A DNA stretch of 64,000 nt from Rhynchobatus australiae (taxonomy: Eukaryota), in the NCBI GenBank assembly GCA_034780895.1, contig JAUZTB010000017.1:18691968-18755967 (forward strand), in the 5' to 3' direction. A program made the position numbers and the translations under genes. Under the pieces are notes generated by a model. It did not search any database and had not been told where the DNA came from. It saw only the letters and a list, made by a program, of their open reading frames with translations. This document shows, piece by piece, positions 1 to 13,400 of this stretch. Positions within the stretch are counted from its first letter, which is position 1. Each line of letters begins with the position of its first letter.

Positions 1-99
1 GGTTCCCTGCTGCTGGGCAGCGAAACTTTACCGTGTTGGCTGCTGGCACAGCATGCAATCTCTTTTCCATCTTATTAGGCTGAGTCCAGTATGGGGGAC
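1..99 (-). CDS. FGFR2: FGFR2 coding exon, start of Ig-II domain (continues beyond window start)
   Basis: Minus strand after acceptor tttgaaacag (AG = 100-101) reads (S)[32 protein letters not shown], matching FGFR2 [32 protein letters not shown]. Joins the acid-box exon in phase 1. Confidence 0.96.
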
Positions 100-1466
100 C
101 TGTTTCAAATAAACACCAATATCATTTTAATACTATTCAATTCAAATCTTCCTGTAGCAAGTAAAACATCATTCAATTAAGGTAGGGATGGGGAGCGGAA
201 GAGGGAGAAAGGGAACCAAGTAGATCTATAAAAAGAGTCCAATATTGGCAAACACTGTAAGACTAAGGGCAAAACAAGGAATTATAAACACCTTCAGTTG
301 CAGATATCAAAAGTGTCTGCTGTACCTCAGTCATCTGACCTTTTACTGGTTAAAAGTAGAGTTTGGAAAAAAAAGGCCATGTCTAGGCCACTAGCTTGCG
401 TGAACAAGGAGGAGCATGAATACCTTGATATAAAAACAGGTCCACTGATTGGTTACTGAAAACTTGAAGTAACTGATTCTACTACGTATGACATGCTTTG
501 TACATCTGTAGTTGGGAGCATGGTTTGACTGGTTCGGCCAGGAGTGCCAAGTAGCCATTTAAAGGCCTGTTTGGAAACTAAATCAGGTAGGAAAATGATC
601 TCTGCCAGATTTTCCTGGTTGTCTGTTCTCCTAGTTTTCCCTCCCCTTAACCCACAAAATGTGTCAAAAGCAGCATGCTATGACTTCGGAGTTGGGATGT
701 TAAAATTTTGTCTGAAAATCAAATTATAAAACTAAAATAGCTGAGTTCCCAATTCTAACTTGTAATTATAATTAGCATTTTGCAATAAAAAATGATGCAG
801 TGGAGCCAAAGAAAATTAACAGACGTAGTAGTTGGATGTAAACTATGGCCATTTTCCCCTCTCTTAGAAGGGAAACAACAGCTTGTTGCTTGTTTCATGT
901 TTTGATTTTCCTTCCACATTCGTAGAAATAAAGGGCCGATTAAAAACAAATACTTCAGGTCTTACTAGAAGCAGTAAACCTCATGGTATAGAACTTCTTT
1001 TGGAAGACACTATTTTCCATTGATGTGCACATTTCAAGCTGTTTGGAGTGAGATTCTAGAGATGTGCCAGACTACACAAGATTCAGAGTAATGAAGAAAG
1101 CATTCAAAATACAGACATGGAAACTGGCTTCAAATTCAATACCTCTAAGCATACAAATGAATGAACTCCAATACTAGAAGACTGCACCCAGCTAGATATC
1201 TGTAAAAATAATTCAAGTCACAGTTTACTTTTTAAGCACTCTGTAACTTTATGGGCTCTAGTGATCCTTTTAGTCACAGAATGTACATTGCACAATCAAT
1301 TAATACATTTTATTCAAGAATGGAAGTGGAACCTGCCACCTACAACCCCNNNNNNNNNNNNNNNNNNNNNNNNNNNNNNNNNNNNNNNNNNNNNNNNNNN
1401 NNNNNNNNNNNNNNNNNNNNNNNNNNNNNNNNNNNNNNNNNNNNNNNNNCCAGACAAAACCTCCCC

Positions 1467-1524
1467 AATTGTTGTTCATTTGTAAAACTCTATTAAATTG
1501 TTGTTCATTTGTAAAACTCTATTA
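1467..1524. repeat. Perfect 29-bp tandem duplication
   Basis: aattgttgttcatttgtaaaactctatta occurs twice, next to an N gap. Confidence 0.9.
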
Positions 1525-3729
1525 GGCAGAATCAAAAGAGATTTCAAATATGTCCTTACTCTAATAAATGGAAAATCTAGTTTGTTTGCACATTTGTTTT
1601 AATTTATGTGAAATTCCATTTCTAACTGCAACCTAAACTTCCTGAAATAAATCAAACTAATGTGGAATTAAAAAAAATAATTGGCTTAAACTTGACCTTA
1701 TTCCATTTCCTTTTTGGACCTCTTCCTATACTCCCTTACAATAATGAAGGCTTCTATTCTACAGTATTTTCATCATTGGCAATGAATTCAGGCTAGGCAG
1801 TCATTAATGGCCCAAAATTTGACATTTTCTGATTTATATTTTTTGTGGCTTTTGTTCTACTCTGAGGAAACTCAGCAAAAGGCTTATATGCACAGCAATA
1901 ATGCACATCGAAATTACAGATATTTGTCATGAAGAAATATAAATAGCAGCTTCTCCTTTATATTTTTATAATGGTTTGAAGCATAGAAAATCTGACAAAT
2001 AATTTAAACCAACATAATTTCAGGTCATTCAGTTTAAGTAGATGCCAATGAGGCAACAGTATACAGGTTCCTGTAATGTTAGTAGGCTGGATATTCAAAG
2101 GGAAAAGACCTGATTGACTACACTTGAGAAACATATACTTAAACACTGTTTGAATCTACATTGAATTGTGTATGACTTATTTCTCTTCCCGGCTTCACCA
2201 CAGCTCAACAAAATTTCTGCATTATTATTCTTTACCAATAAATACTTTTCTATTTTGACTCATGGTGTTTACTTAACTAGAAATCAGGTTACACTGTGCA
2301 CCCTTGACCAACTGAATGTACATAATGTCAAAACTGTGCTGAATCCAACCACTGTACACATATTAAATATTAATTTGTGTTCTTGTTTCCTTGCAGACAT
2401 AGATTTACCATTCAAATGCTCAGTTCATATTAGCTTTGGGTAAATGAATGTTTAATAACATTCTTCTGTTATAAAATTGAACAAAGCCCGTTTGTGTATC
2501 TAAATTTTAATTGCTAACTGGAGAATATTTCATCTGAAACTATTTAGCATTCCTTCCACATTTTCTTCTTACACTTTCCTTTTGTAATATTTTGCTAGAT
2601 CTGTGTGCAGGCATCCCTAAATAATATTGCTTGTTTTATAATTTAATTTCAGCAACACATGCATTTCAAAAACATTTTAAAGTTAATTCCTGCTTCCCAT
2701 CCAAACATGATATACCCCTCTTTTTCTTTTGAACTTTCCCCCACTCTTGCCTTTTGTAGGACCACTAGTGGGAGACCAGCAGTATGTTCCAATTTCGATA
2801 CATAAACAGTGAAAAACTACCATGCAGAGACTGTCTTGGATTTCCTCCCCATCCTTGTGGTGGATGAAAGAACACCTCGCCTTCATTCATTGCCACTCTA
2901 GCTATGCCTGGAATTTACACAAGTTGAGATCTTTGAAGTTGAACACAATTTAAGTTATATCACAGTACAGAATGTTCATAGGACCAATCCAATGATATTC
3001 CTTTCACCCAAAAATCCTAGTGGAAATTTGTTCATAGTTTACATTAAAAGAATTAAGAACAGAAAATAAATCTATTGGAAAATTTAGAGTTTTGCACAAG
3101 TATTTTTCTTCAAGAGAAAAGTTAATTCATGAATTTAAACAAATTCCTTTACAACTGAGTAAACATGTTATAAGAACCAAGTCATTTAAAGCCCAAGGTT
3201 CTAATTTTTTTTCAATATTTTAAAGCTTACCACTCTTTACAAGCTATACGAAGTATTAGCCTACCAGTGAGAAGCCTGACCATCACACATGTAAACTATC
3301 TTCTGCTATCACGGAATATTAAGAGGCTTCACACACAATAACATGGCACATAAACATTGTAACATAAAGTACTAATTATCCTTGGCAGTAATCTAATGAT
3401 GGAAAGTAGTGTTGGATCCACAGGACGTAATCTCTGCAAGACATCTCTGAACATTACACATACTATGGCTCATGTCTTTCAAATGAATTCATTTTAAACC
3501 TTAACCAAATCATTTTCTATTCTCTGCATCCACCAGGTGCTGACCAACAAGGGCCCAGCAATTGCAACTGCCTGTACTAATTACATCAATAGATAGCCAA
3601 GAAGCAGTGTTCAGTAGAAGGATCCATTTAACATTACAGTTCTTTTGTCATCACCTTAATTTGATTCTAATTCCAAAAGTGCTAAATTTGTTGAGAATTG
3701 GGGAATATAAAACTTTGTGAGCGTCAATT

Positions 3730-3961
3730 GAAGCTCATTTGGTAGTAACTCTTGTCCAGGTCTGAAGATCCTGGGTGCAGGTGCTGCTTCAAAGACTTGA
3801 ACATAAAAGTCAGGTTAACACTCCAGTGCATTACTTGGGAACTGCTGCACAGGCAAGAGGTATCATCATTCAGATGAAATATTAAATGGAAGTTTCATTT
3901 GTTCTCTTGGGCAAAATAATAAGTCTATTTTGAAAAAGAGCAGGGATGTTACCAGTAGTGT
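3730..3961 (+). mobile_element. Decayed Deu-domain SINE (SacSINE1-like), 5' part
   Basis: tRNA-like head followed by actccagtgcattacttgggaactgctgcac...ttcagatgaaatattaaa...ctattttgaaaaagagcaggga, as in the recalled DeuSINE core. Confidence 0.6.
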
Positions 3962-4877
3962 NNNNNNNNNNNNNNTAAATTTGAGTTTTGGTTAGTAATA
4001 TCAATTCATGTTAAAATATGTAGTGACAAATGCCTGTCTAGTATTTCTCACTTTTTCATTTGATATTACTTTTCTTAACATTTTCCCGTTTCTCATCTTA
4101 ATCGTACACTTTTGCTCGTACTTTAAGGTTGTCCAAACTTATTCTCATTTTGCTGTTGAAAACAATAAGAGAACATAACTAAGAGGCATGCATTTCTGAT
4201 TTTAAACCAGATTCAGGATTGGAATTATGATACAGAGACTCAACCACCCTTCAATGTCCATTCCATAACTTAAGTTAAAGCAGTAGGACCAGGGAATCAT
4301 GGTGAATTCATCCTAATTTATAAAATGTATGATCCATCTGCCTTTACTTCAATCTCAATAAGCCCTTCGGGGCTGTCACCTCCACGATTTCAATAAGCAC
4401 AAAATCTCTTGTGGGAAATATAAATTTCCTGAAACTTTAAAATCTTAATTCCTTAAAGAATAGTCATTTACTTCTTTATATAGCATGTTTTCTAAATTAC
4501 AAGCTAGAGCTCATGAACTAATTTAAATTGGAGACAATGGCTCCTTTGTGTTAAAGACCAATGGTTAATGTAATAATTATGGTTGTACATTGCCATGTAA
4601 CAAAGCACATTGGTCCTTGTGACAATACTATAAAGGTAAAACCATTAGTTAATGGTTGATACCCATAATAAACATTGTCCACATTAGTACAATTTCTTTT
4701 TACCACTATATTTCAAGATCCCTGCCACTAAATATCAATAGTAGAATCACTTCAAAAGGCAATGCCCGTTACCATACAAAATGTTTGCAATATTTAATGA
4801 CATGAACATACAATTGATTGAATTCTCCTTCTTGGAAAAAACAATTAGCATTAGGTTAACCTAGGCCATACTTTTAA

Positions 4878-5250
4878 TGAGGCGTGGAAACTGGCCATTT
4901 GGTCCACCACCTTCATGCCTATCAACGGGCACATATCTACGTTACTCCCACTTTCTAACACTTGGCCTGTAGCCTTCTATGCCCAAGTGATTCAAATGCT
5001 CATCAAGATACTTCTTAAATGCTATCAGTGACTCTGCTTCCATCACTCTCTCAGGCAGTGCATTCCACTCTAGGAGGAAATGGTCACCCTCAGATCCTCT
5101 CTAAATCTATGTCCTCTAGTTTAATCTAGCTCTGATATGGGGAAAGGTTTCCTGTGGCTTACCCTATCTATACCCATCATGATTTTATATACTTCAATCA
5201 TGTCCCCTCTTAATCTCTCCAGTCCAGGGAAAGCAGACCCAGCTTCTCCT
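4878..5250 (-). mobile_element. CR1-like LINE 3' fragment
   Basis: Contains a ggccatttggtcc tail and cttaccctatctatacccatcatgattttatatacttc (reverse of RT C-terminal EVYKIMxGIDRV). Confidence 0.75.
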
Positions 5251-5919
5251 TGCATGCCCATGATAACAATCAGGATTTATTAAGGATAGTGCAAAATAAT
5301 TTGATTGAATGTTTCATGTAAAATCTAAACAATTTAAGGAATTTTGGTTATTAAATAATAGTACAAAAAAATTACAAGAAAATATATGGCAAATAACTCC
5401 CATAAGTCAGGACTAAGAAATGTACGTAAATTTCATGTATTTCTATAAAACAAGGAGAACAATTCAAGCAAAGTAACAACTTACTGCACTATTAATGTGC
5501 GTTTTTGACAGCGAGCTACAATTTTTCACTACAGGCTCTAAAGACAGATTAATCTTGCATCTTTTCTTAGATGTAAAATTAATAAATTACAGAAGAATTA
5601 ACTTCAAAAGAATAAGGGACCTGGNNNNNNNNNNNNNNNNNNNNNNNNNNNNNNNNNNNNNNNNNNNNNNNNNNNNNNNNNNNNNNNNNNNNNNNNNNNN
5701 NNNNNNNNNNNNNNNNNNNNNNNNAGTAGTAAATGAATTAAATTTCTCACTGGTGCTGACAATGTACACATATATTAAACGTGTTAATGGAGGAAATAGA
5801 GAATGAAATATTTGCCACAAAAATGCTGAGTACACAACTGTTAGAATATGAGACTCCTTTTATAAATAGGTAGGATGCAATTTTTACTTTAGAGCAGTGG
5901 TATTTGCATGCTATCATTC

Positions 5920-6385
5920 TGCCCTATGAGGACAGATTAAGTAGGATTGGTCTATGCTCACAACAGTTTATAAGAATGAAGGATGATCTTACTGAAAGAT
6001 ACAAGATTGTCAAACGGGTTGTCAAGTTAGATGTTGATAGGATCCTTCCCCTGGGTGGGGAGTCTAGAACTAAGGAGTATTCTCAGAATAAGAGACTGGC
6101 TATTTAGGAATGCTTTGCAGGGAAAGAAAATGTCTTTACTCAGGGAGGAGTGGAAGGGAGAGCTGTAAATCTTTGAAATTCTTTACCCACAGGACTGTGG
6201 ATACTCAGCCACTGAGTATATTCAAGACTAGTACTGATAGATTTTTGGACTCCCAGGGAATTAAGAGATTTAGGCATCAGTGAGTTAAGGTCAAGGATCA
6301 TCCTTGATCAGCTAAGCATCTTTCCAAATGGCAGAGCAAGTTCAAAGTGTACTATGTTCAACCTGTGCTCTTGTTTCTTGCTCTT
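5920..6385 (+). mobile_element. CR1-like LINE 3' fragment
   Basis: Translation YEDRLSRIGL...RMKDDLTERYKIVK...GESRT is the CR1 ORF2 C-terminus, followed by a 3'UTR. Confidence 0.8.
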
Positions 6386-7929
6386 AAATATACTGAACAA
6401 TAATAACCATGGACAACACTAATATTTTTCATATTGCTGCAATTTTATTTTAAAACAGCTTTTTATGAATTCAGACCTTTCAGTGTACACCGTTTGATCA
6501 AACACTTCACTTTCCTTCTGCTTAACTAATTTAATTGTTGGGCACATTCTACTACATTATATACAGTATATGCTGAGCTTGGTTATAGTTTCTTGTCTGT
6601 GATTTTGAAGATCTGAATTTAGCCATGCATGTATGAAAGTCAGAGATGAGCTGTAACCTGCATGTAAGATAGCTGCTGGTTCTCTGTAGACCTGCTGGCT
6701 ACAGGTAAAGTCGATGCAGGCCAACATGTCAAAATTGTTCACAATAAAGCCTCAATCATAAACAATCTTAACTGAAAAAAAATACTGTCCACTTCCACAA
6801 TTCCATCAGAACTATTATACCAAGCAGAGATGAAACATTACTAGATGAAGGATGAGGTAGTATAGTTACTCAGTCCTGTATAAATACTCAGCAACATCCA
6901 AGCACACAAATTTTTTTACATCCTGGAATTTCTCGCCAGTTCCTAATCTCCAAAGGCCATTTCCATCATAACAAAGATGGCAAACTGGCAATTCGTTCCC
7001 AGACTTGCACCAAAATCAGCATTATGATCTAGCACTGACATTCCTTGCAAACAAGCTGAGCTGTTTGATGTGTGTTAACCGCCTATCCATAGCAACAGGT
7101 AAGGGGAGTTGGGTGCAATATCGTGAAGAAATTGAACTTGCATGTGGAACTTCGCTACAGTAAATGGCAGTTTACTTTAAATATAGTATGCAATACTTTA
7201 TTCTGTAATAAACAGCCAGGAAGAGAATGAGCTGTTTTTGAATGGAACTGGTTGACAGTAATGTTGGTTGAAAGGGGAATGTTTCTACAGATACAAGAAA
7301 ACTTCTGTTTTTGGATCTTGAAGCACTTTAATAAGACAGATGAGACTGTAGCTCATCCACTGAATAACACTTTCATAAAGTAGTGTGTTCAGTATTGTAT
7401 TACAATGTGATCTGGTGCAGGTCTCAAATCTACAAAGTTTAGCCATAAGTGAGAATGCTGCAAATAGCATTCAACCTGCTTTTATTTTCTTTTGACACTT
7501 TTTCAGAGGTGTATCACATTAAATGGTTTCTAGAAGCCCACTTCCTGTCAAAGTCAACCAATCATGGGCAAGGCTGACAAAATGGACATAATAATGGGAC
7601 TCCAAAAAGTACACATTACTAGACAGAGCAGGCACATTCCAGGATAATCTGCAACATAATTAAGTTTATATTTGTTTTACTTCTTGGAGTAAAAGCAAAA
7701 TTAATACAACTCTTCAAATTAAAGATCCCCAGAGCAGGTGTAATGATGGTTGCACAATGAAAACATTATGTGCATTTGAAAGAAATGTTGCTTTGCAAAT
7801 TTTTATCTCCTTATTATCAGAGTTTTAAGGCCATCAATTTCATATAAGAAATTAGATATACCAATAGGACCTTATGTTCTTGCTGACTTCATTACATCAA
7901 CCTAGTCTATCTCCTCAGCCTGTACTTAC

Positions 7930-8004
7930 TTATCTTGTTACCATCATTGGTTGTCTCTTCTGACCCATCACTATCCTCTTCATCGTCCCCTGAGGAAATG
8001 GCAT
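7930..8004 (-). CDS. FGFR2: FGFR2 acid-box exon (75 nt, phase 1-1)
   Basis: Encodes (D)AISSGDDEEDSDGSEETTNDGNKI, with acceptor ttttcttccag and donor A|gtaagt. DAISSGDDE is FGFR2-type. Confidence 0.96.
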   Translation of the reverse strand: MPFPQGTMKRIVMGQKRQPMMVTR

Positions 8005-8204
8005 CTGGAAGAAAACCATAATCTGTAATCTCCCCAGGATTACGGAAATTCAATAGATGGATATTTGTAAAGAACTTCCATAGCATATCTTTCACCTTAC
8101 CCTTTCCCATACCACCATTGTTAGCAAAAGGAAAATAAACCTATCCCTATTGATTTACAGTATTAATTAGATAGAAATAATTCAAATATCAATAATCCAA
8201 CACA

Positions 8205-9365
8205 AGAGCACAAGAAAGTAGGAGCAGGAGTAGGCCACTCCTCCCCTCAAACCTGCCCCAACATCCAATATGATCATGGCTGATCTATATTGGTCTCAAC
8301 TTCTTTTGTGCCATTTCCCCATAACCCTCAATTCCTCATTCTTTCAAATATTTATCTTCCTCCACTTAAATTAAATTAATGATCTGGCCTCCACAATCCT
8401 TGAAGCCAGAGAGTTCCAGAGATTCACTACCCTCTGAGAGAAGAAAATAAATGACTGGCCCCTTATCTTGTAGCTTTGTCCCCTTGTTTGTCACTGTCCT
8501 GCTCAAAATCTATCCTGTCAAGCCCCCTTAGAATCTTATTTGTTTGAATAAGGTCACCCCTCATTCTTCTAAATGCCAAGAAACACAAACCCAAATTATC
8601 TAGCTTCTCTCAAAGAGAAAACCCTCTGATCCCAAGAAAAGCCAGGTGAATCTCCTTTTAACTACCTCCAATGCTACCATATCCTTTTTTAGATAAGGGG
8701 ACCAAAACTGTGCACAATATTCTAGGTGTGATCTCACTACTACCTTGTACAACAGTAACAAAACTTCCCTATTCTTAAATCCCAACCCCTTCACAATAAA
8801 GGCCAACATGCTGTTTGCCTTCTTAATTACTCATTGGGCCTGTCTGCTAATATTTGTGAGTTATGTGCTAGAACACCTAGATCCTTCTGAACTTCACTCA
8901 TTTGTAGTCCCTCTCCATTTAGATCACGGTCCACATTTTAATTCCTCTTACCAAAGTGCATGTCCTCATACTTTTCCCACATTAATCTCCATTTGCCAGG
9001 TTTTCACCCAATTACTCAATCTATCTATATCCTGTTGCAGAATCACAATGTCCTCATCATAACATGCCCTTCTATCTATGTTTACATCATCAGCAAACTT
9101 GGAAACCTTACATTTTGTTCCCTCCTCTAGGTTATTAACATAAACATCTGAGGGCCAGGAATCTATCTTTGGTGTATTTTACATCCCTTCAGTCTGAAAA
9201 GGACCCATTTATTGCAACTCTTTGCTTTCTGTGTGACAGCCAGCTTTCAATCCATGTTAACACACTTCCTCGAATACCTTGGGCTCATAATTCATGCATC
9301 AGCCTTTTATGCAGCACCTTGTGAAATGCCTTTAGGAAATCTACATGCATTACAGATTTCCCTCT
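8205..9365 (-). mobile_element. CR1-like LINE, degenerate RT 3' part
   Basis: ORF 8600-8809 MLAFIVKGLGFKNREVLLLLYKVVVRSHLEYCAQFWSPYLKKD; KFADD motif near 9085-9100. Confidence 0.9.
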
Positions 9366-10149
9366 ATCAAACTCTCCTTGTCATATCCAAGATTTGCACT
9401 GTACATAATACGAAACTTTATCATCTTTGATTATTTAAATTGCTCCTTCCAAAGCCAAACATTATTTTTAGAGCTAAATAATCCCAACACTGCCTACTGG
9501 AAAAATTATGGAAGACACTTGCAATAACCTGCCTGCAATACAACTCCACCTTATAGATAAATGAGCCAACTGAAAGAACTAACTTTAGGGCCAATCATAG
9601 CTCAAGTGCTATCTCAAAACAAGGAAGTGCATTAAAATCAACAATTACTACACCAAGAAGATACTTATGAAATGTACAGTTTGATTACTCAACTTTGAGC
9701 ACCCTTTGCAGATGCAAAATAAATTACTACCATAAAATATGTATTTTTGTTTTACTCTTAAATGACTAGCCTAACTAAAATGCATCCAACAGCATGATCT
9801 GACATGACTTTTATTGGTATTATTGTATCCTGTTATTGCAAAAATTGGATGAGTGCTGAAACAGAATGAGTCTTAATCCAAGGACAATATAACTCTTTAT
9901 GAAATCTGTCATTCTCCTAATTCTGCCTTACAGCCTCTCAGTTTGGTTTTCAATTTCTATTTGTCCAAAATGTCACGCAAGTTTAATTCTTCTAAACCAC
10001 TACCACCCTCTGTGTCATTAATCCTAATCTTAACCACACCCCCCTCCCCTCCACCTGCCACCTTCAACCTCTGAGCCAAACTTATGTCTAGAGAGACAAC
10101 CAATAGAAAGGTTGAGCTTTATTGAACATCTGGTTGAAATATTACTCAC

Positions 10150-10419
10150 CTGTAATGTTAACAATGAAGTATACTGTACCACTGCCTACTGGTCTAATTG
10201 TGGTACAAGCATACAGGCCCGAATCCTCATGTGTGGCATCACTAATCTGCAAGTACTCTCTGATAATGTAAGTCTTATTGTTGTGCCCTAATTGCTCCCC
10301 AACTTTAGTCCAAATGATGTTCTGTGCATCCTCTTTCAAAGGACATTGCATTTGAAGCAAATCTCCTGGATGCGCTGTGTGCACTTCAGGCTGAGAGATT
10401 TGGTAGATTGATGGAGGCT
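10150..10419 (-). CDS. FGFR2: FGFR2 Ig-I domain exon (270 nt, phase 1-1)
   Basis: Encodes (E)[89 protein letters not shown]. Both Ig cysteines, the core Trp, DSGLYAC and sequons NKT/NIT are present. Long polypyrimidine tract plus gcag acceptor; donor G|gtgagt. Confidence 0.97.
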
Positions 10420-13400
10420 CTGCAAAGCAAGAAAAAGGAAGGGATGGGAAGGAAAAGGAAAGTTGCAATATTGGTCAGAAAAATCTGACTTCAGTTGATG
10501 CCCCATTTTGGCTTAAAAACAAAAGCAACAATGAGCCAAAAGTTAACACTGGAAATTAAATCACATTTGCCATTAGATTTACTGAAGATGATTTTAATTC
10601 TTTGCAAAAGTTTAAAACAGGCAATGCAGGAAGTCAATGGAGGGGAATGGAGCAGAGCATAGTAAAGCAGCCTATCTGGTATCACTCATTATACCTAATT
10701 ATGGAAAGATAAATTATGCCCATTCTCATTGTTTACACAAGGATCAGAATGCATTAGATATATAGCACATCTATTTACGAATAAAATCATAACTAGAATA
10801 CAAAAAGAAATTAATTAAAAATTCCCAGCAAAGCATTATTTGTTGAGGGTTCACTGAAAATTGAAAGCATAGTAATATAATTATATGGTAGCATACTGAA
10901 GTACATCCAGCAACTCTGCCTTGATATGCAACTGCTTTTCTTGCTTATCAGAATAATTTCTACTTGCAGCTATGCTTCTTTTTGTTTAAAAAAGATGTTA
11001 ATCAANNNNNNNNNNNNNNNNNNNNNNNNNNNNNNNNNNNNNNNNNNNNNNNNNNNNNNNNNNNNNTTGGTACATCTTGCAAAATGTGTAGATACATGCA
11101 CATCGAAACACCTCTGAAGATAAAACACAAATGTCGACTGGCAGAAAAACAATTGTCCTGGAATTCTTGGGGCTGGAGATCACAAAGATTATATCTGAGG
11201 AGACACAAAATGGGCTGGATCCCAGTTCTGTTGGGATTTTGCTGCTTTCAACCAGATGTTGAGGATTTATGTAGGATCTTCCCTTGCCCCACTCACATCA
11301 AAGTGAAATGTGGGAATGTGAGGGAAGACCTCCTTGGAGGTTCCTAGAAATTCTTTCATCAATACCCTTGAAAAATTCTCCAGCTATTCATAATTGTACC
11401 AGTGCTCTATACCCTCTGAGACATTGTCGGGAATGGATCAATTAACTTCCGTCTGTAGAATGGCCTCAAAGAACTAAAAAGAATTTGGAAAAATTCTTTG
11501 ACCCAGTCCAGCTCTCCTACCTTGGAAGGGGAACTCATCTTGAATTATGGCAGCCATTATGAAAAGTACTTCTACAGGTGCCAGTGACAGACCCAGACTG
11601 CAAATAACCAGGAAGTGTGCAACAAGGTTTCTAATTTTACCCAGGATGGAATACCATGGTGATGGGTTTGTCCTGAACTCCATTATGTTCCTAATCAAAA
11701 TTGTAATGTGTCGGAAAGGGATAGTCAGAAGAAACAAAGTGCAGAGAACGTTCCTCCCAATAAAAGAATAAGGATATGTAGGAGGCAAACATCAGATGAG
11801 TAGCAGTTGCTAAGCCAAAACCAAGTTCCAATTAATGATTGGCTCAAGAAACGCACAGGACCAGATAAGTAGTATGCCGACATTGGATGTGTGTGGGGAA
11901 GCTATAATACAGAATTATGCAAAAAGATCAACTTAATATACTGTTCATACTTTTCCAGGCCATGCAGTAAAAATTACATAGTGATCTTGAGGGGTCTTTA
12001 TATTTTTAGTTCAGTCCTTCATATCCGACTAAATTATAAAATTGCATAAAAGAACTCATTTTCCAACAGAATGACATCCATTACAAGAAACCCATCTGAG
12101 ACATGTCACTTTAATTAAGCTGTAATTACGTTAAGAAAATTACTTCTGGCCTTTCAGGTTTCAACAAGGAACTGCTGTAATGAATCACCAAGTATTGCTT
12201 GCACTACACTCCATGAAGGCTGTGCGAGGCAATTTGATATGACTGGTGTCTACATTCCCAGATGACAAAGTGACTGCAAAATTACTTTTAATTGCACTCT
12301 GGGTGAAAAAGCCTTGAAGGAACAACATTTCATAAGACGAGTTTCTTCAGAGACGTGAAAACAGTAATTATTCATTGCAGACTCCCCAAGCAATAAGCTC
12401 CATCTCCCTACTGTCAATACTTTGTTACAAATTAGTAAGCTGTATCTTCAGACTTCTTATATAGAACCTTTCATACTTTCATTGACGTACTTCTCTCCAC
12501 CATCTCTCTGGCTCTTCCCCTCCCACCCCAACCTCTGCCTCATCTTACACACACAGCATAACAACAATTACGTATTTACAAATTTCCAGGGATCCATTCA
12601 ACCCTGCCTCCCTCATTCTGTTCGAGACTCAAGTTTTATCAGAAACAAAGTAAAATAAAGTTTACTTTACCGACTTTAGTGCTACTATTTTACATCAAGG
12701 GAAATATAGAACAGTTTTCACATCACAAGAATCTGTATTAAATGCAGCACACTCCAGTGACATCAGAAGGGCAAGAACTGCATAGGTTGCAAGGCAAATT
12801 TGTGAATGTTCATAAATACATTTATAGTAATCTACAAGGTAAAAAAGCAATAATTCTCTCAACAAGAATCCACATATGTTGCCTACCATATGCACATGAA
12901 AAAAATTACATTACTAAAAACGATGAAATATCATCATACAGCTCAGCACTGCCTACTTAATGAAGTTTAGCAGCAGCAATGAATCAAGTGGATTATACAC
13001 TTCAGGAGAAAACTCAAATTGCCTTGCACAATTTATTTCCACTCCAAGCAATATTTCCAAATAGTAATAACTTGTCTGTTATTTTTATTTATGAAATCAT
13101 AAAAATTAAGCACAGTTACTTTCCTCACTTTTTTCTTATTATGTGCAGGTCTAATCTGTTCCTTAATGATTTAGGGTCACAACATACCAACAGAATCAAA
13201 GAACAGTGTGAAATTGACAGAACCCAAATTATGAATTCTTGGGGCATAAGCACCAAAATCGCCTGGACCCTCCGTCCGTTATAAAACAAACTAGTGGCAG
13301 GGTGAAGGGGATTATATTTTTGTATAAGGGATTAAATTTATTATTAATGCACTATCGCTATGTACTGAATTTAAATAGAAATCCTTCCTGTTAGGATACC

